From assembly GCA_963805625.1 (NCBI GenBank), contig CAWDVE010000010.1, forward strand, positions 800,001 through 864,000: a stretch of 64,000 nucleotides of DNA. Reading direction: 5' to 3'. The stretch's first letter is position 1. Each line of letters begins with the position of its first letter. The translations under genes were made by a program, and so were the position numbers. Under the pieces are notes generated by a model. The model ran no database searches. It saw only the letters and a list, made by a program, of their open reading frames with translations, and was not told the DNA's origin. Positions 48,397 through 57,109 of the stretch are shown piece by piece. This stretch comes from an uncultured Candidatus Rokubacteria bacterium. GTDB lineage: Bacteria; Methylomirabilota; Methylomirabilia; Rokubacteriales; DASRDR01.

Positions 48397-48411
48397 CGGC
48401 CAGGCCTCGCC

Positions 48412-49365
48412 GTGACGCGCTATCTCCTGCGCCGGCTCCTCGCGCTCGGGCCGACGCTGATCGGCGTCTCGGTGCTGTCGTTCCTCTTCCTGCGCCTGGT
48501 CCCCGGCGACGCCATCGCGGTGCGCCTGGGTACGAGCACCGTGCTGACCCCGCAGCAGCTCGCCGAGCTCCGCGCCTATCTCGGCCTCGACCGTCCGCTG
48601 CCCCTGCAGTACCTCGGCTGGCTCGGCGCGCTGCTCCGAGGCGACGCAGGCTACTCCCTGCGCACGGGCCAGCCGGTGGTGGGGGAGATCGCGAGCCGTC
48701 TCCCGGTGACCCTGGAGTTGGCCCTCGCCGCGGCCCTCGTCGCTCTGCTGATCGGCCTCCCCCTGGGAATCCTGTCCGCGCTCCGGCCGAACTCAGCGCT
48801 CGACCTGACGGCGCGAACCCTCGGGCTCCTCGGACTCTCGCTCCCGAATTTCTGGCTGGGCACCCTCTTCGTGCTCCTCCTCGCGCGCTACTTGCGGTGG
48901 ATGCCGAACACCGGAGGGTACGTGGGCTTCACCGAGGATCCGTGGGCGAACCTCCGGTTCCTCCTCTTCCCCGCCCTGACGCTCGGCGTGGCGATGGCCG
49001 CCGTCGTCATGCGAACGACGCGCTCGGCGATGCTCGACGTCCTCGGCGCCGACTTCGTCCGGACGGCCCACGCCAAGGGCCTCGCCGCCTCGGCGGTCGT
49101 CGGCCGCCACGCGCTCCGGAACAGCCTCATCGTCGTCGTCACGATCCTGGGCGTGCAGGTGGGATACCTGCTGAGCGGTGCCGTCGTGGTCGAGGAGATC
49201 TTCTCGGTCCCGGGCCTCGGCCGCATGCTGCTGACGGCCATCAACCAGCGCGACTACGCCCTGGTCCAGGGGACGGTGCTGGTGGTGGCGATCCTGTTCG
49301 TGGCGGCAAACACCCTCGTCGACATGCTCTATGGCTGGCTCGATCCCCGGATCAGCCTGGGCTGA
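48412..49365 (+). CDS. Dpp/Opp ABC permease (DppB-like)
   Basis: VPGD, GLDRPL..QY, DFVRTAHAKGL, LDPRI. Confidence 0.9.
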   Translation: MTRYLLRRLLALGPTLIGVSVLSFLFLRLVPGDAIAVRLGTSTVLTPQQLAELRAYLGLDRPLPLQYLGWLGALLRGDAGYSLRTGQPVVGEIASRLPVTLELALAAALVALLIGLPLGILSALRPNSALDLTARTLGLLGLSLPNFWLGTLFVLLLARYLRWMPNTGGYVGFTEDPWANLRFLLFPALTLGVAMAAVVMRTTRSAMLDVLGADFVRTAHAKGLAASAVVGRHALRNSLIVVVTILGVQVGYLLSGAVVVEEIFSVPGLGRMLLTAINQRDYALVQGTVLVVAILFVAANTLVDMLYGWLDPRISLG

Positions 49366-49429
49366 AGCGCGCCCCGGAGGCACGGGGGCCGGTACCCGGG
49401 CGCCGCTCGCTGCCGGGGGCCTCTCCCGC

Positions 49430-50251
49430 GTGGCGGTCGCACTCGTGCGTAACCGTGCCGCGCTCGCGGGTCTCCTGATCGTCGGCACCTTCCTGATCGT
49501 CGGCGCCACCGCGGACCGACTCCCCTTGCCGAGCCCCCTCCGGATGGTCCCGCAGGACCGGATGGCGGGGCCCAGCTGGGCCCTCCCGTTGGGGGCCGAC
49601 GTCTTCGGCCGGGACCTCCTCGCCCGACTCGTTCATGGCGCCCGCTTGTCACTCGAGGTCGCCTTCGCCTCGGTCCTGGCCGCGCTCGTCGGGGGGTCCA
49701 CCCTCGGCCTCGTCGCGGGCTATGCGGGCGGCCGGGTCGATCAAGCCCTGATGCGCGTCATGGACGTGTTCTTCTCCTTCCCGGCCGTGCTCCTCGCCCT
49801 CGGCATCGTCGCGGCGCTGGGGCCGCATCCCGCCAATGTGGTCCTCGCGATCGCCGTCGTGTACACGCCGATCTTCGCCCGCGTGGTCCGGGGTCCGGTG
49901 CTTGCCCTCAAGGAGCGCGAGTTCGTCGAGGCGAGCCGGGCGCTCGGCGCCCCGGCCGGGCGGATCGTCGGCCGCCACATCCTGCCGAACCTCGCCTCGG
50001 TGCTCGTCGTCCAGACGAGCATCGCGCTCTCGTGGGCCATCCTCACCGAGGCGTCGCTCTCGTTCCTGGGTCTCTCCGCCCAGCCACCCACCCCGTCGTG
50101 GGGCGCGATGCTGAACGAAGGCCGCCAGAACCTCGAGCTCGCGCCCCACCTCGCCGTGTTTCCGGGTCTGGCGATCATGCTGGCGGTCCTCGGATTCAAC
50201 CTCCTTGGGGACGGCCTCCGCGACGCCCTCGATCCCCGCCAGCAGCCGTGA
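49430..50251 (+). CDS. Dpp/Opp ABC permease (DppC-like)
   Basis: LGADVFGRD, EASLSFLGL, SWGAML, GDGLRDALDP; start uncertain. Confidence 0.88.
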   Translation: MAVALVRNRAALAGLLIVGTFLIVGATADRLPLPSPLRMVPQDRMAGPSWALPLGADVFGRDLLARLVHGARLSLEVAFASVLAALVGGSTLGLVAGYAGGRVDQALMRVMDVFFSFPAVLLALGIVAALGPHPANVVLAIAVVYTPIFARVVRGPVLALKEREFVEASRALGAPAGRIVGRHILPNLASVLVVQTSIALSWAILTEASLSFLGLSAQPPTPSWGAMLNEGRQNLELAPHLAVFPGLAIMLAVLGFNLLGDGLRDALDPRQQP

Positions 50252-50814
50252 CTCGCCACGCCGCCCTCTCGAAGCCGGCCTCCGAGGCCCTACGCGGAGT
50301 GAGCTCCCGAGCGCGGCGGCATCCTCCTCTCCGGATCCGACCCGCCCGGCGGGCCGACCTCCCCGCCCTCGCGACCCTCATGGCCGCGTCGCCGCTCCTC
50401 GAGCGCTACGGCACGACTCGTCGGGCGGCTCTCGGCGCGCTCGCGCGGGGCCGTGCGGCGGGTGACCGCTTGATCGTCGCGGTGGCGCCGGACGGCCGAA
50501 TGGCCGGGATGGCCTGGGTCCTCACGAGCCGGATCCTCACGGGAACGGCGTACCTCCGTCTCCTTCTTGTTGCCGACGATCACCAGCGTGCCGGTACCGG
50601 CGCCGCCCTCCTGGCCGCCGCGGAGGCGGTCACCCGGGCGGTCGCGAACCACCTGGCCCTGCTCGCCACCACCGGTAACGCCGGCGCCCGGCGATTCTAC
50701 GCGCGTCACGGATACCATCACGTCGGCGACCTCCCGGGCCTGGCGCGCACCGGGCTCGACGAGGCTCTTTACTGGAAGACGCTCCGGCCGCACGGCAGGC
50801 GCCTGCCCGTCTAG
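50248..50814 (+). CDS. GNAT-family N-acetyltransferase
   Basis: IRPA..ADL, LLVADDHQRAGTGAALL (acetyl-CoA motif A), N..ARRFYARHGY. Confidence 0.85.
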   Translation: MTRHAALSKPASEALRGVSSRARRHPPLRIRPARRADLPALATLMAASPLLERYGTTRRAALGALARGRAAGDRLIVAVAPDGRMAGMAWVLTSRILTGTAYLRLLLVADDHQRAGTGAALLAAAEAVTRAVANHLALLATTGNAGARRFYARHGYHHVGDLPGLARTGLDEALYWKTLRPHGRRLPV

Positions 50815-50925
50815 CCGTGCCCCGCCGCGCCGGGCTCGCGGGCAGGCCAGCCGCCGTTCGGGTCTCGCCGTGAACCGTCCGGATTGACTCGCAAAGAGGG
50901 GCGACGGAGAATTCGGGCACCGCGG

Positions 50926-51666
50926 ATGACCACGACCGGACGGGTGCGGGGCGGCTTCAACCAGTACGGCTTCACGGTCGGCATCCTGATGCTCGACACG
51001 CGCTTCCCTCGCATCCCGGGTGACATGGGGCACGCCGCCACCTTCCCGTTTCCCGTTCGCTACCACCGCGTGCCCGGAGCCTCTCCCGAGCTCGTGGTGC
51101 GACAGGGGGCGGCTGGGCTCTTGCCGGCCTTCGTCGACGGGGCGCGCCAGCTCGAGCGCGAGGGCGTAGGGGCCGTCACCACCAACTGCGGCTTCCTCGT
51201 GAAGTACCAGGCAGAGCTCGCGGCGTCGGTGCGCGTGCCGGTGCTGACCTCGAGCCTGCTGCTGGTGCCTCTCGTCCACCGGATGCTTCCGCCGGGGCGG
51301 CGCGTCGGCATCCTCACCGTGAACGCGGCCGCGCTCGCGGACGAGCATCTGCGCGGCGCCGGCATTGGCCCGGACATCCCCCTCGCCGTGGCCGGCCTGG
51401 AAGGCGAGAAGGAGTTCACCCGCGTCCTGCTGGGCGACGAGGCGGAGCTCGACGTGGACCAGGCCCGCGAGGAGCACGTGCGGGTGGCACGGCGGCTCTC
51501 GGCGGACCACCCGGATCTCGGTGCTCTCGTCCTCGAGTGCACGAACATGCCGCCGTACACGCCGGACATCCAGCGCGCGTCCGGCCTTCCCGTGTTCGAC
51601 ATCGTCTCGCTGGTGACCCTCGTGCACGGCGCGCTCCTGGCGGGGCTCCCGCCGAGACCGGCCTGA
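50926..51666 (+). CDS. Aspartate/glutamate/hydantoin racemase-family protein
   Basis: GILMLDTRFPRIPGD, two catalytic-type Cys in TTNCGF and LECTNMPPY. Confidence 0.85.
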   Translation: MTTTGRVRGGFNQYGFTVGILMLDTRFPRIPGDMGHAATFPFPVRYHRVPGASPELVVRQGAAGLLPAFVDGARQLEREGVGAVTTNCGFLVKYQAELAASVRVPVLTSSLLLVPLVHRMLPPGRRVGILTVNAAALADEHLRGAGIGPDIPLAVAGLEGEKEFTRVLLGDEAELDVDQAREEHVRVARRLSADHPDLGALVLECTNMPPYTPDIQRASGLPVFDIVSLVTLVHGALLAGLPPRPA

Positions 51667-51781
51667 CCCGCCGGCGACGCGCAGCACAGCCGGGCGAGGT
51701 GCGCGCGGCTCAGGATCGGGCGCGCCCGGCGGCACCCGCGCGACCCCGGCCGGGCGAACGTCGGAAGAGCTGACGGGCGCC

Positions 51782-53002
51782 GTGCTCGAACCGCTCCTGG
51801 ACGGACGCTATCGACTCCTCTGGCTGACGGGCCTCTGCAGCAGCACCGCGCGCTGGATGGACGTAGTGGTGCTCGGCTGGCTGGCGCTCTCACTCACTGA
51901 CTCGCCGCTGATGGTGGGCGTGGCCGCGTTCTGCCGCGCCGTCCCCATGATGGCCCTCGGCCCCTTCGCGGGCGTCCTCGCCGATCGGCTCCCCCGGGTG
52001 CGCGTGATGATCGCCGTGCAGATCCTGAACGTCGCCGCGTCGTTGGCCCTGGCGCTCCTGTTCGGCGCGGGCCTCGCCGGGTTCGGCACCTTGATCGGGA
52101 TCGAGGTCATCCTGGGAATCGCCTGGGTGCTCGACTTCCCGTCACGCCGCACCGTGCTGTTCGTCGTCGCGGGCCGAGAGCGCCTGACCGCCGCGGTCTC
52201 GCTCGAGACCATGTCGATGCAGGCCGCCAAGATGATCGGCCCGCTCTTGGGCGGCCTCCTCCTCGCCCGGCTGGGACCCGCCGCGTGCTACCTCGTGTTC
52301 GCCGCTTTCTCGCTCGGCGCCCTCGCTGCCACCCACCGCCTTGCGCAACGGGTGGCGCTGCCCGGCGTGCCCGGCAGCGAGCCGGTCCTGGACAGCCTTC
52401 TGACGGGTCTCCGGGAGGTCCGCACGCACCCGGCCATCCTGAGCGTGCTCGCGGTCACCGTCCTCATGAACGCCCTCGTCTTCCCCTACCAGCAGATGCT
52501 GCCGGTCTTCGCCCGCGACGTCCTCCACGTGGGGCCGGTTCCGCTGGGGCTCCTCGTCACCGCGCAGGGGCTCGGGGCCCTGATTTCCTCGGCGGTGATC
52601 GGAGCCCGGGGCGGCCCCGCGGGCCAGGGGCGGCTCTTCGCCGGTAGCTCCCTGGCCGGCGCCCTGCTGCTGCTCGCCTTCGCGTGGTCGCCGTGGTACG
52701 CCCTCTCCCTCGCGCTCCAGCTCGCCATCGGGGCCACCGATTCCGGATTCGGAACGATGCAGAGCGCGATCGTCCTCCTCACGGCGCCCGTGAAGGCTCA
52801 CGGGCGTGTCATGGGAATCCTCTCGGCCTGCATCGGCACCCAACCCCTCGGGAGCCTGTGGATCGGCTTCCTCGCGAGCCGCATGGGCGCACCGCTCGCC
52901 ACGGGCCTCAATGCGGCGCTCGCGTGCGTCCTCATGATCCCGGTGGCGCTCCGACTTCTCGCGACGGGCCCGATGGGCCGGCCCCGGCCCGCCGTGCCAT
53001 GA
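51782..53002 (+). CDS. MFS transporter
   Basis: ~12 TMs, GVLADRLPR motif A, GRVMG. Confidence 0.88.
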   Translation: MLEPLLDGRYRLLWLTGLCSSTARWMDVVVLGWLALSLTDSPLMVGVAAFCRAVPMMALGPFAGVLADRLPRVRVMIAVQILNVAASLALALLFGAGLAGFGTLIGIEVILGIAWVLDFPSRRTVLFVVAGRERLTAAVSLETMSMQAAKMIGPLLGGLLLARLGPAACYLVFAAFSLGALAATHRLAQRVALPGVPGSEPVLDSLLTGLREVRTHPAILSVLAVTVLMNALVFPYQQMLPVFARDVLHVGPVPLGLLVTAQGLGALISSAVIGARGGPAGQGRLFAGSSLAGALLLLAFAWSPWYALSLALQLAIGATDSGFGTMQSAIVLLTAPVKAHGRVMGILSACIGTQPLGSLWIGFLASRMGAPLATGLNAALACVLMIPVALRLLATGPMGRPRPAVP

Positions 53003-53252
53003 TGGAGTGGATCCAGCGACAAGCTGCTCCGACGCCCGCGCGCCGCTGGATCGTTCACTGGTTCAACGTGCTGTGGTGGCGGTCCGGCAGTCAGCGGTCG
53101 CCGTGCGAGGCTTCTGGCTCGCCAAGCGCTCGGGACAGCGGCAATTCGAACGAGTGCGGTCCACCGGGGCTCGTCCAGGAAGGCCAGCGCGCCGTGGGAT
53201 CCCGCGCAGACTCAACGGCGCGGTCGACCTTTCTCGGAGCAAGGAGGTGACT

Positions 53253-54515
53253 ATGGGCAGTCATTGGATGTCCAGCTCCGTGCGCCCGTGCCGTGCGGCG
53301 GGACCCATCGTGGTCCTCCTTGCCGGGTTGCTCGCCGCGTGTGGCGCCATCGGAGCCAGGTCGACGGCCGCCCAATCCACGGGAACCGACTGCGCCGAGC
53401 CGATCCCAGAGATCTTCACCCGGGTGTCGCCCGCCGTGGTGTCCATCGCGGCCACGTCGATCAACCCGTACCGAGTCTCCGACCGTGTCCGTCACGTTGT
53501 CGGTTCGGGCTTCTTCTTCGACACCGCGGGCCTGATCCTGACCAACGCCCATGTCGTGTTCGACCGCCAGTCCATCCGGGTGACGCTCGACGACGGAACC
53601 AGTGTGTCCGCGCAGGTCGTCGGAGCCGATCCAATTCTCGACGTCGCGGTACTGCGTATCCCGATGCCTTCGGAGGGAGAGTTGCCCATCATCCCCTTGG
53701 CCGACTCCGACCGCGTCCGTGTCGGTGAGGACGTCGTCGCGATCGGAAATCCTCTCGGGCTCGACCAGACGCTGACCCGCGGGATCGTGTCCGCAATCAA
53801 CCGCATCCTGCCCGACGCACCGCTCTCGCTCTTGGAACCCCTCATTCAAACCGATACTCCCATCAACCCCGGGAACTCCGGCGGGCCGCTCCTCAACCAC
53901 TGCGGTGAAGTCATCGGCATCACGACCGCCATGATCCCAGACGCGCAAAGCATCAGCTTCGCCGTCCCGATCAACGTGGCGAAGACGATCCTCCCCTCGC
54001 TCCTGGAACGAGGCCGGGTAATACGCCCGTGGATCGGGTTTCAGGGCCAGCTCGTGGACCCGGCGATGCAGGATCTCCTACGGATCCCCTTGGTGGAAGG
54101 CCTGCTCGTCGAGGTAATCGAGCCCGGGAGCCCGGCCGACCGCGCCGGCCTTCGCGGGGGGCGGCTCGAGATCGCCATTGCCGGGCGCGAGTACCTTTTC
54201 GGAGGCGACATCATCACCGCCATGAACGACACCCGGCTGAACTCGCCGGAGCGACTCATCGAGGCCATGCGCGGGGCGAAGGTCGGCGACGCCGTTCGTC
54301 TCACCGTGTTCCGGCAGGGAGAGTACATCGAAGTGGAGTACGTGCTCCCGGAGCGGCCGCTCCTGCCCGGCGACGTGTCCGGTCAGTCTTCCATGACCCC
54401 CGCCGCCGGGCGGAGCCAGCCGGCGCCCGGTCGCCGCGGGCCGGCCCCGACGCGCCGCCGGCCCGCTTCCGAGACCACCTATCCATCCGACGCGATGCCC
54501 GCAGGCCCCGAGTGA
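53253..54515 (+). CDS. HtrA/DegP-like trypsin serine protease with one PDZ domain (possible lipoprotein)
   Basis: GSGF, TNAHVV, DVAVL, IGNP, QTDTPINPGNSGGPL, PGSPADRAGL; LLAACG lipobox; SD AAGGAGG. Confidence 0.92.
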   Translation: MGSHWMSSSVRPCRAAGPIVVLLAGLLAACGAIGARSTAAQSTGTDCAEPIPEIFTRVSPAVVSIAATSINPYRVSDRVRHVVGSGFFFDTAGLILTNAHVVFDRQSIRVTLDDGTSVSAQVVGADPILDVAVLRIPMPSEGELPIIPLADSDRVRVGEDVVAIGNPLGLDQTLTRGIVSAINRILPDAPLSLLEPLIQTDTPINPGNSGGPLLNHCGEVIGITTAMIPDAQSISFAVPINVAKTILPSLLERGRVIRPWIGFQGQLVDPAMQDLLRIPLVEGLLVEVIEPGSPADRAGLRGGRLEIAIAGREYLFGGDIITAMNDTRLNSPERLIEAMRGAKVGDAVRLTVFRQGEYIEVEYVLPERPLLPGDVSGQSSMTPAAGRSQPAPGRRGPAPTRRRPASETTYPSDAMPAGPE

Positions 54516-56041
54516 TTTCCCGCTGGGCGTGGGTCTCAGACCCTCGCGGGACGCTGATCCTGCTGCTGGCCTGGGCCACTGGCCACGCGCTCCTCCGGCT
54601 CGCCCTCTCCTCGGCCCTCACCGCGGACGACGCGCGGGAGGCGGTGCTCGCCCAGAGCCTCCAGTGGGGGTACCAGGCGCGGCAGCCGCCGCTCTACAAC
54701 TGGCTCGTGTGGGGGGCCTTCCGTCTGGTCGGGCCCGGCCTCCTCGCGCTCACGCTCGTGAAGTACGCGGCCCTCGTCCTGGCGTTCTGGCTCGTGTATC
54801 TTACGGCGCGGCGGATCCTGACCGACCCGCGACTCGCCACGCTCGGCGCCTTCTCGTTTCTCCTGATCGTCCCGATCAGCTGGACGATCCACGAGGCGCT
54901 GACCCACAGCGTCACCGTCCTCGCTGCCTGCGCCGGTACGGTCTATGCCCTCGTTCACCTCGGAGACGCGCCCAGCCGTCGCGTCTACGCGGCGCTCGGC
55001 CTCGCCGTCGGGCTCGGGCTCCTCTCGAAATTCACGTACGTCCTCTTTCTTGCCGCGCTCGTCCTTGCGACCCTCTCCGTGGACCGGTATCGCCGGGTCC
55101 TCCTGAGCCCCGGGGTCCTGATCGCCGCCCTGGTCGCGACGCTCCTGGTGCTCCCGTTCGCGCTCTGGTACGTGGGCCAGGGCCACGACCTTGGCCGCCT
55201 GTACGCGCGCGAGGTCCGGATCGAGGAGCAAGACGCGTGGGCCGAGCAGGCACGAACGGGCCTCGCGTACGTCGCCCGCCTCGCCGCATCCTACCTGGTG
55301 CCGGTGGGGCTGGTCCTGGCCGCGTGCTTTCCGGCGATCTACCGGCGTCTGCCGTCGGGAGCGGGCGGCTCGCCAGGCGGTCGCCTCCTCGGGTGGCTCC
55401 TCGCCTGGATGCTCGCCCTCCTCACGCTGGCCGCGCTCGTCGGAGGCCTGGGCTTCCTCAAGGCGCGCTGGCTGATCCCGGCGTTCTTCCTGGTCCCGCT
55501 GTACGGGTTGTGGCGCCTCGAGCGTCACGGCGTGCCCGAGAAGCGCCTAGCGGCGTTCGCGGTGGTCCTGATCCTCGCCGAGATCGCCGTCGTCGGCACG
55601 CTGTCGGTCCGAGTCGTGGGCGCAAGCCTGTTCCGCCGGCCGTATCGGATGAGTGAGCCGTACGACGCGGTGGCAAGCGGGTTATCGCGCGCGGGCTTCA
55701 CGCGCGGAACCATCGTCGCAGGATTCGGAACGCTCGCGGGAAACCTGGCCGTCCGCTTCCCGCACGTCCGGGTGCTCCACACGGAGTATCCGGACTTCCG
55801 GCCGCCCCCCGGAAGCCCCGGGCAGTGCCTCCTCGTCTGGGACCGCCACCGGCGCGGGCGGGGCAGCCCCGCGGCCCCCGAACCGCCCGAGGACGTCCAG
55901 CGCTTCGCCGCCGCGCTGGGGGTGGCGCTCACGGGCTCGGAGCCGGTCGGCGTCGTGGAGGCGCCCTTCCGGTTCGCCCCGGCCCAGGTCCGGCACGTGT
56001 ACTACATCATCTTCCCCGAGGGGGCGGGCCAGTGCCGCTGA
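54512..56041 (+). CDS. GT39/ArnT-like integral membrane glycosyltransferase
   Basis: DDARE...WGY..QPPLYNW, GLGLLSKFTY, many TMs; GTGA overlap start. Confidence 0.82.
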   Translation: MISRWAWVSDPRGTLILLLAWATGHALLRLALSSALTADDAREAVLAQSLQWGYQARQPPLYNWLVWGAFRLVGPGLLALTLVKYAALVLAFWLVYLTARRILTDPRLATLGAFSFLLIVPISWTIHEALTHSVTVLAACAGTVYALVHLGDAPSRRVYAALGLAVGLGLLSKFTYVLFLAALVLATLSVDRYRRVLLSPGVLIAALVATLLVLPFALWYVGQGHDLGRLYAREVRIEEQDAWAEQARTGLAYVARLAASYLVPVGLVLAACFPAIYRRLPSGAGGSPGGRLLGWLLAWMLALLTLAALVGGLGFLKARWLIPAFFLVPLYGLWRLERHGVPEKRLAAFAVVLILAEIAVVGTLSVRVVGASLFRRPYRMSEPYDAVASGLSRAGFTRGTIVAGFGTLAGNLAVRFPHVRVLHTEYPDFRPPPGSPGQCLLVWDRHRRGRGSPAAPEPPEDVQRFAAALGVALTGSEPVGVVEAPFRFAPAQVRHVYYIIFPEGAGQCR

Positions 56042-56058
56042 CCCCGGACCGCGCCCGC

Positions 56059-56087
56059 TTGCGTGCGCGGCCGTCCTCCGGGACAAT
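56059..56087 (+). promoter_or_regulatory. Putative leaderless promoter for dusB
   Basis: TTGCGT-N17-GACAAT-N7-ATG, no SD. Confidence 0.55.
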
Positions 56088-56094
56088 CAACGCG

Positions 56095-57081
56095 ATGCGA
56101 ATCGGCAACGTGGAGGTGCGCGGGCTCGCGCGGCTCGCGCCCATGGCGGGCGCCACCAACGCGCCCTTCCGTCTCGTGGCGCGGGAGTGCGGGAGCGGGC
56201 TCACGACCACCGAGGAGATGGACGCCGCCTCGATCCTCTACGAGACTCCGCACGCGATCTCTGCGACCGCCTACTACCCGGCCGAGCGGCCGCTCGCGAT
56301 GCAGCTCCTCGGCAAGAACGGCGAGGCACTGGCGGAGGCCGCGGCCCGTTGCGAGGCGCTGGGGGCCGACGTGGTGGACCTCAACATGGGCTGCCCCGTC
56401 CAGAGGATCACCGGCAAAGGCAAGGGCGCGGCCCTCATGCGGGACGTGCCGGCCGCCGCGCGGATCCTCCGCGCCATGCGGGCCGCAATCCGGGTCCCGC
56501 TGACGGTCAAGATCCGCGGCGGCTGGGACGACACGCACCTGAACGCCGTCGAGGTCGCGAGGATGGCCGAGGCCGAGGGCGTCGACGCCATCACCGTCCA
56601 CCCGCGCACCCGGGCCCAGCAGTTCACCGGGAAGGCCCCGTGGACGATCATCGCCGAGGTCGTCGACGCCGTTCGGATCCCCGTGACCGGCAACGGGGAT
56701 ATCCACTCGATGGCGGACGCGCGCCGCATGATGGCGGAGACCGGATGCCAGTCGGTCATGGTCGGGCGCGGGGCCCTCGGGCGGCCCTGGGTGTTCGACG
56801 AGGCCTACGAAGCGCTGCCGCCGATGGCCCGACACGCTTATCGGGCGCGGGTCATCGCCCGCCACGTCGCCCTGATTCAGGACCACTGCTCCGCGAGGTA
56901 CGCGCTGGTCCAGATCAAGAAGCACCTGTCCTGGTACACCGATGGACTGGGCCACGCGCGCGAGTGCCGGGTCGCCATCTTCCAGGCCCGCTCGGCGGAC
57001 GAGGTGTGGGAGATCTTCCAGCGCTACACGGCGCGGGTGGAGCGCGAGTACGCGCCGGCGCTCGAGGCCGCCACCGCGTGA
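56095..57081 (+). CDS. dusB: tRNA-dihydrouridine synthase B
   Basis: LAPMAG, DLNMGCP, TVKIR.GWD, VHPRT, GNGDI, MVGRGALGRPW, KHLSWY. Confidence 0.93.
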   Translation: MRIGNVEVRGLARLAPMAGATNAPFRLVARECGSGLTTTEEMDAASILYETPHAISATAYYPAERPLAMQLLGKNGEALAEAAARCEALGADVVDLNMGCPVQRITGKGKGAALMRDVPAAARILRAMRAAIRVPLTVKIRGGWDDTHLNAVEVARMAEAEGVDAITVHPRTRAQQFTGKAPWTIIAEVVDAVRIPVTGNGDIHSMADARRMMAETGCQSVMVGRGALGRPWVFDEAYEALPPMARHAYRARVIARHVALIQDHCSARYALVQIKKHLSWYTDGLGHARECRVAIFQARSADEVWEIFQRYTARVEREYAPALEAATA

Positions 57082-57109
57082 CACGGCGACCGGCAGGAGG
57101 AGACCGCTG

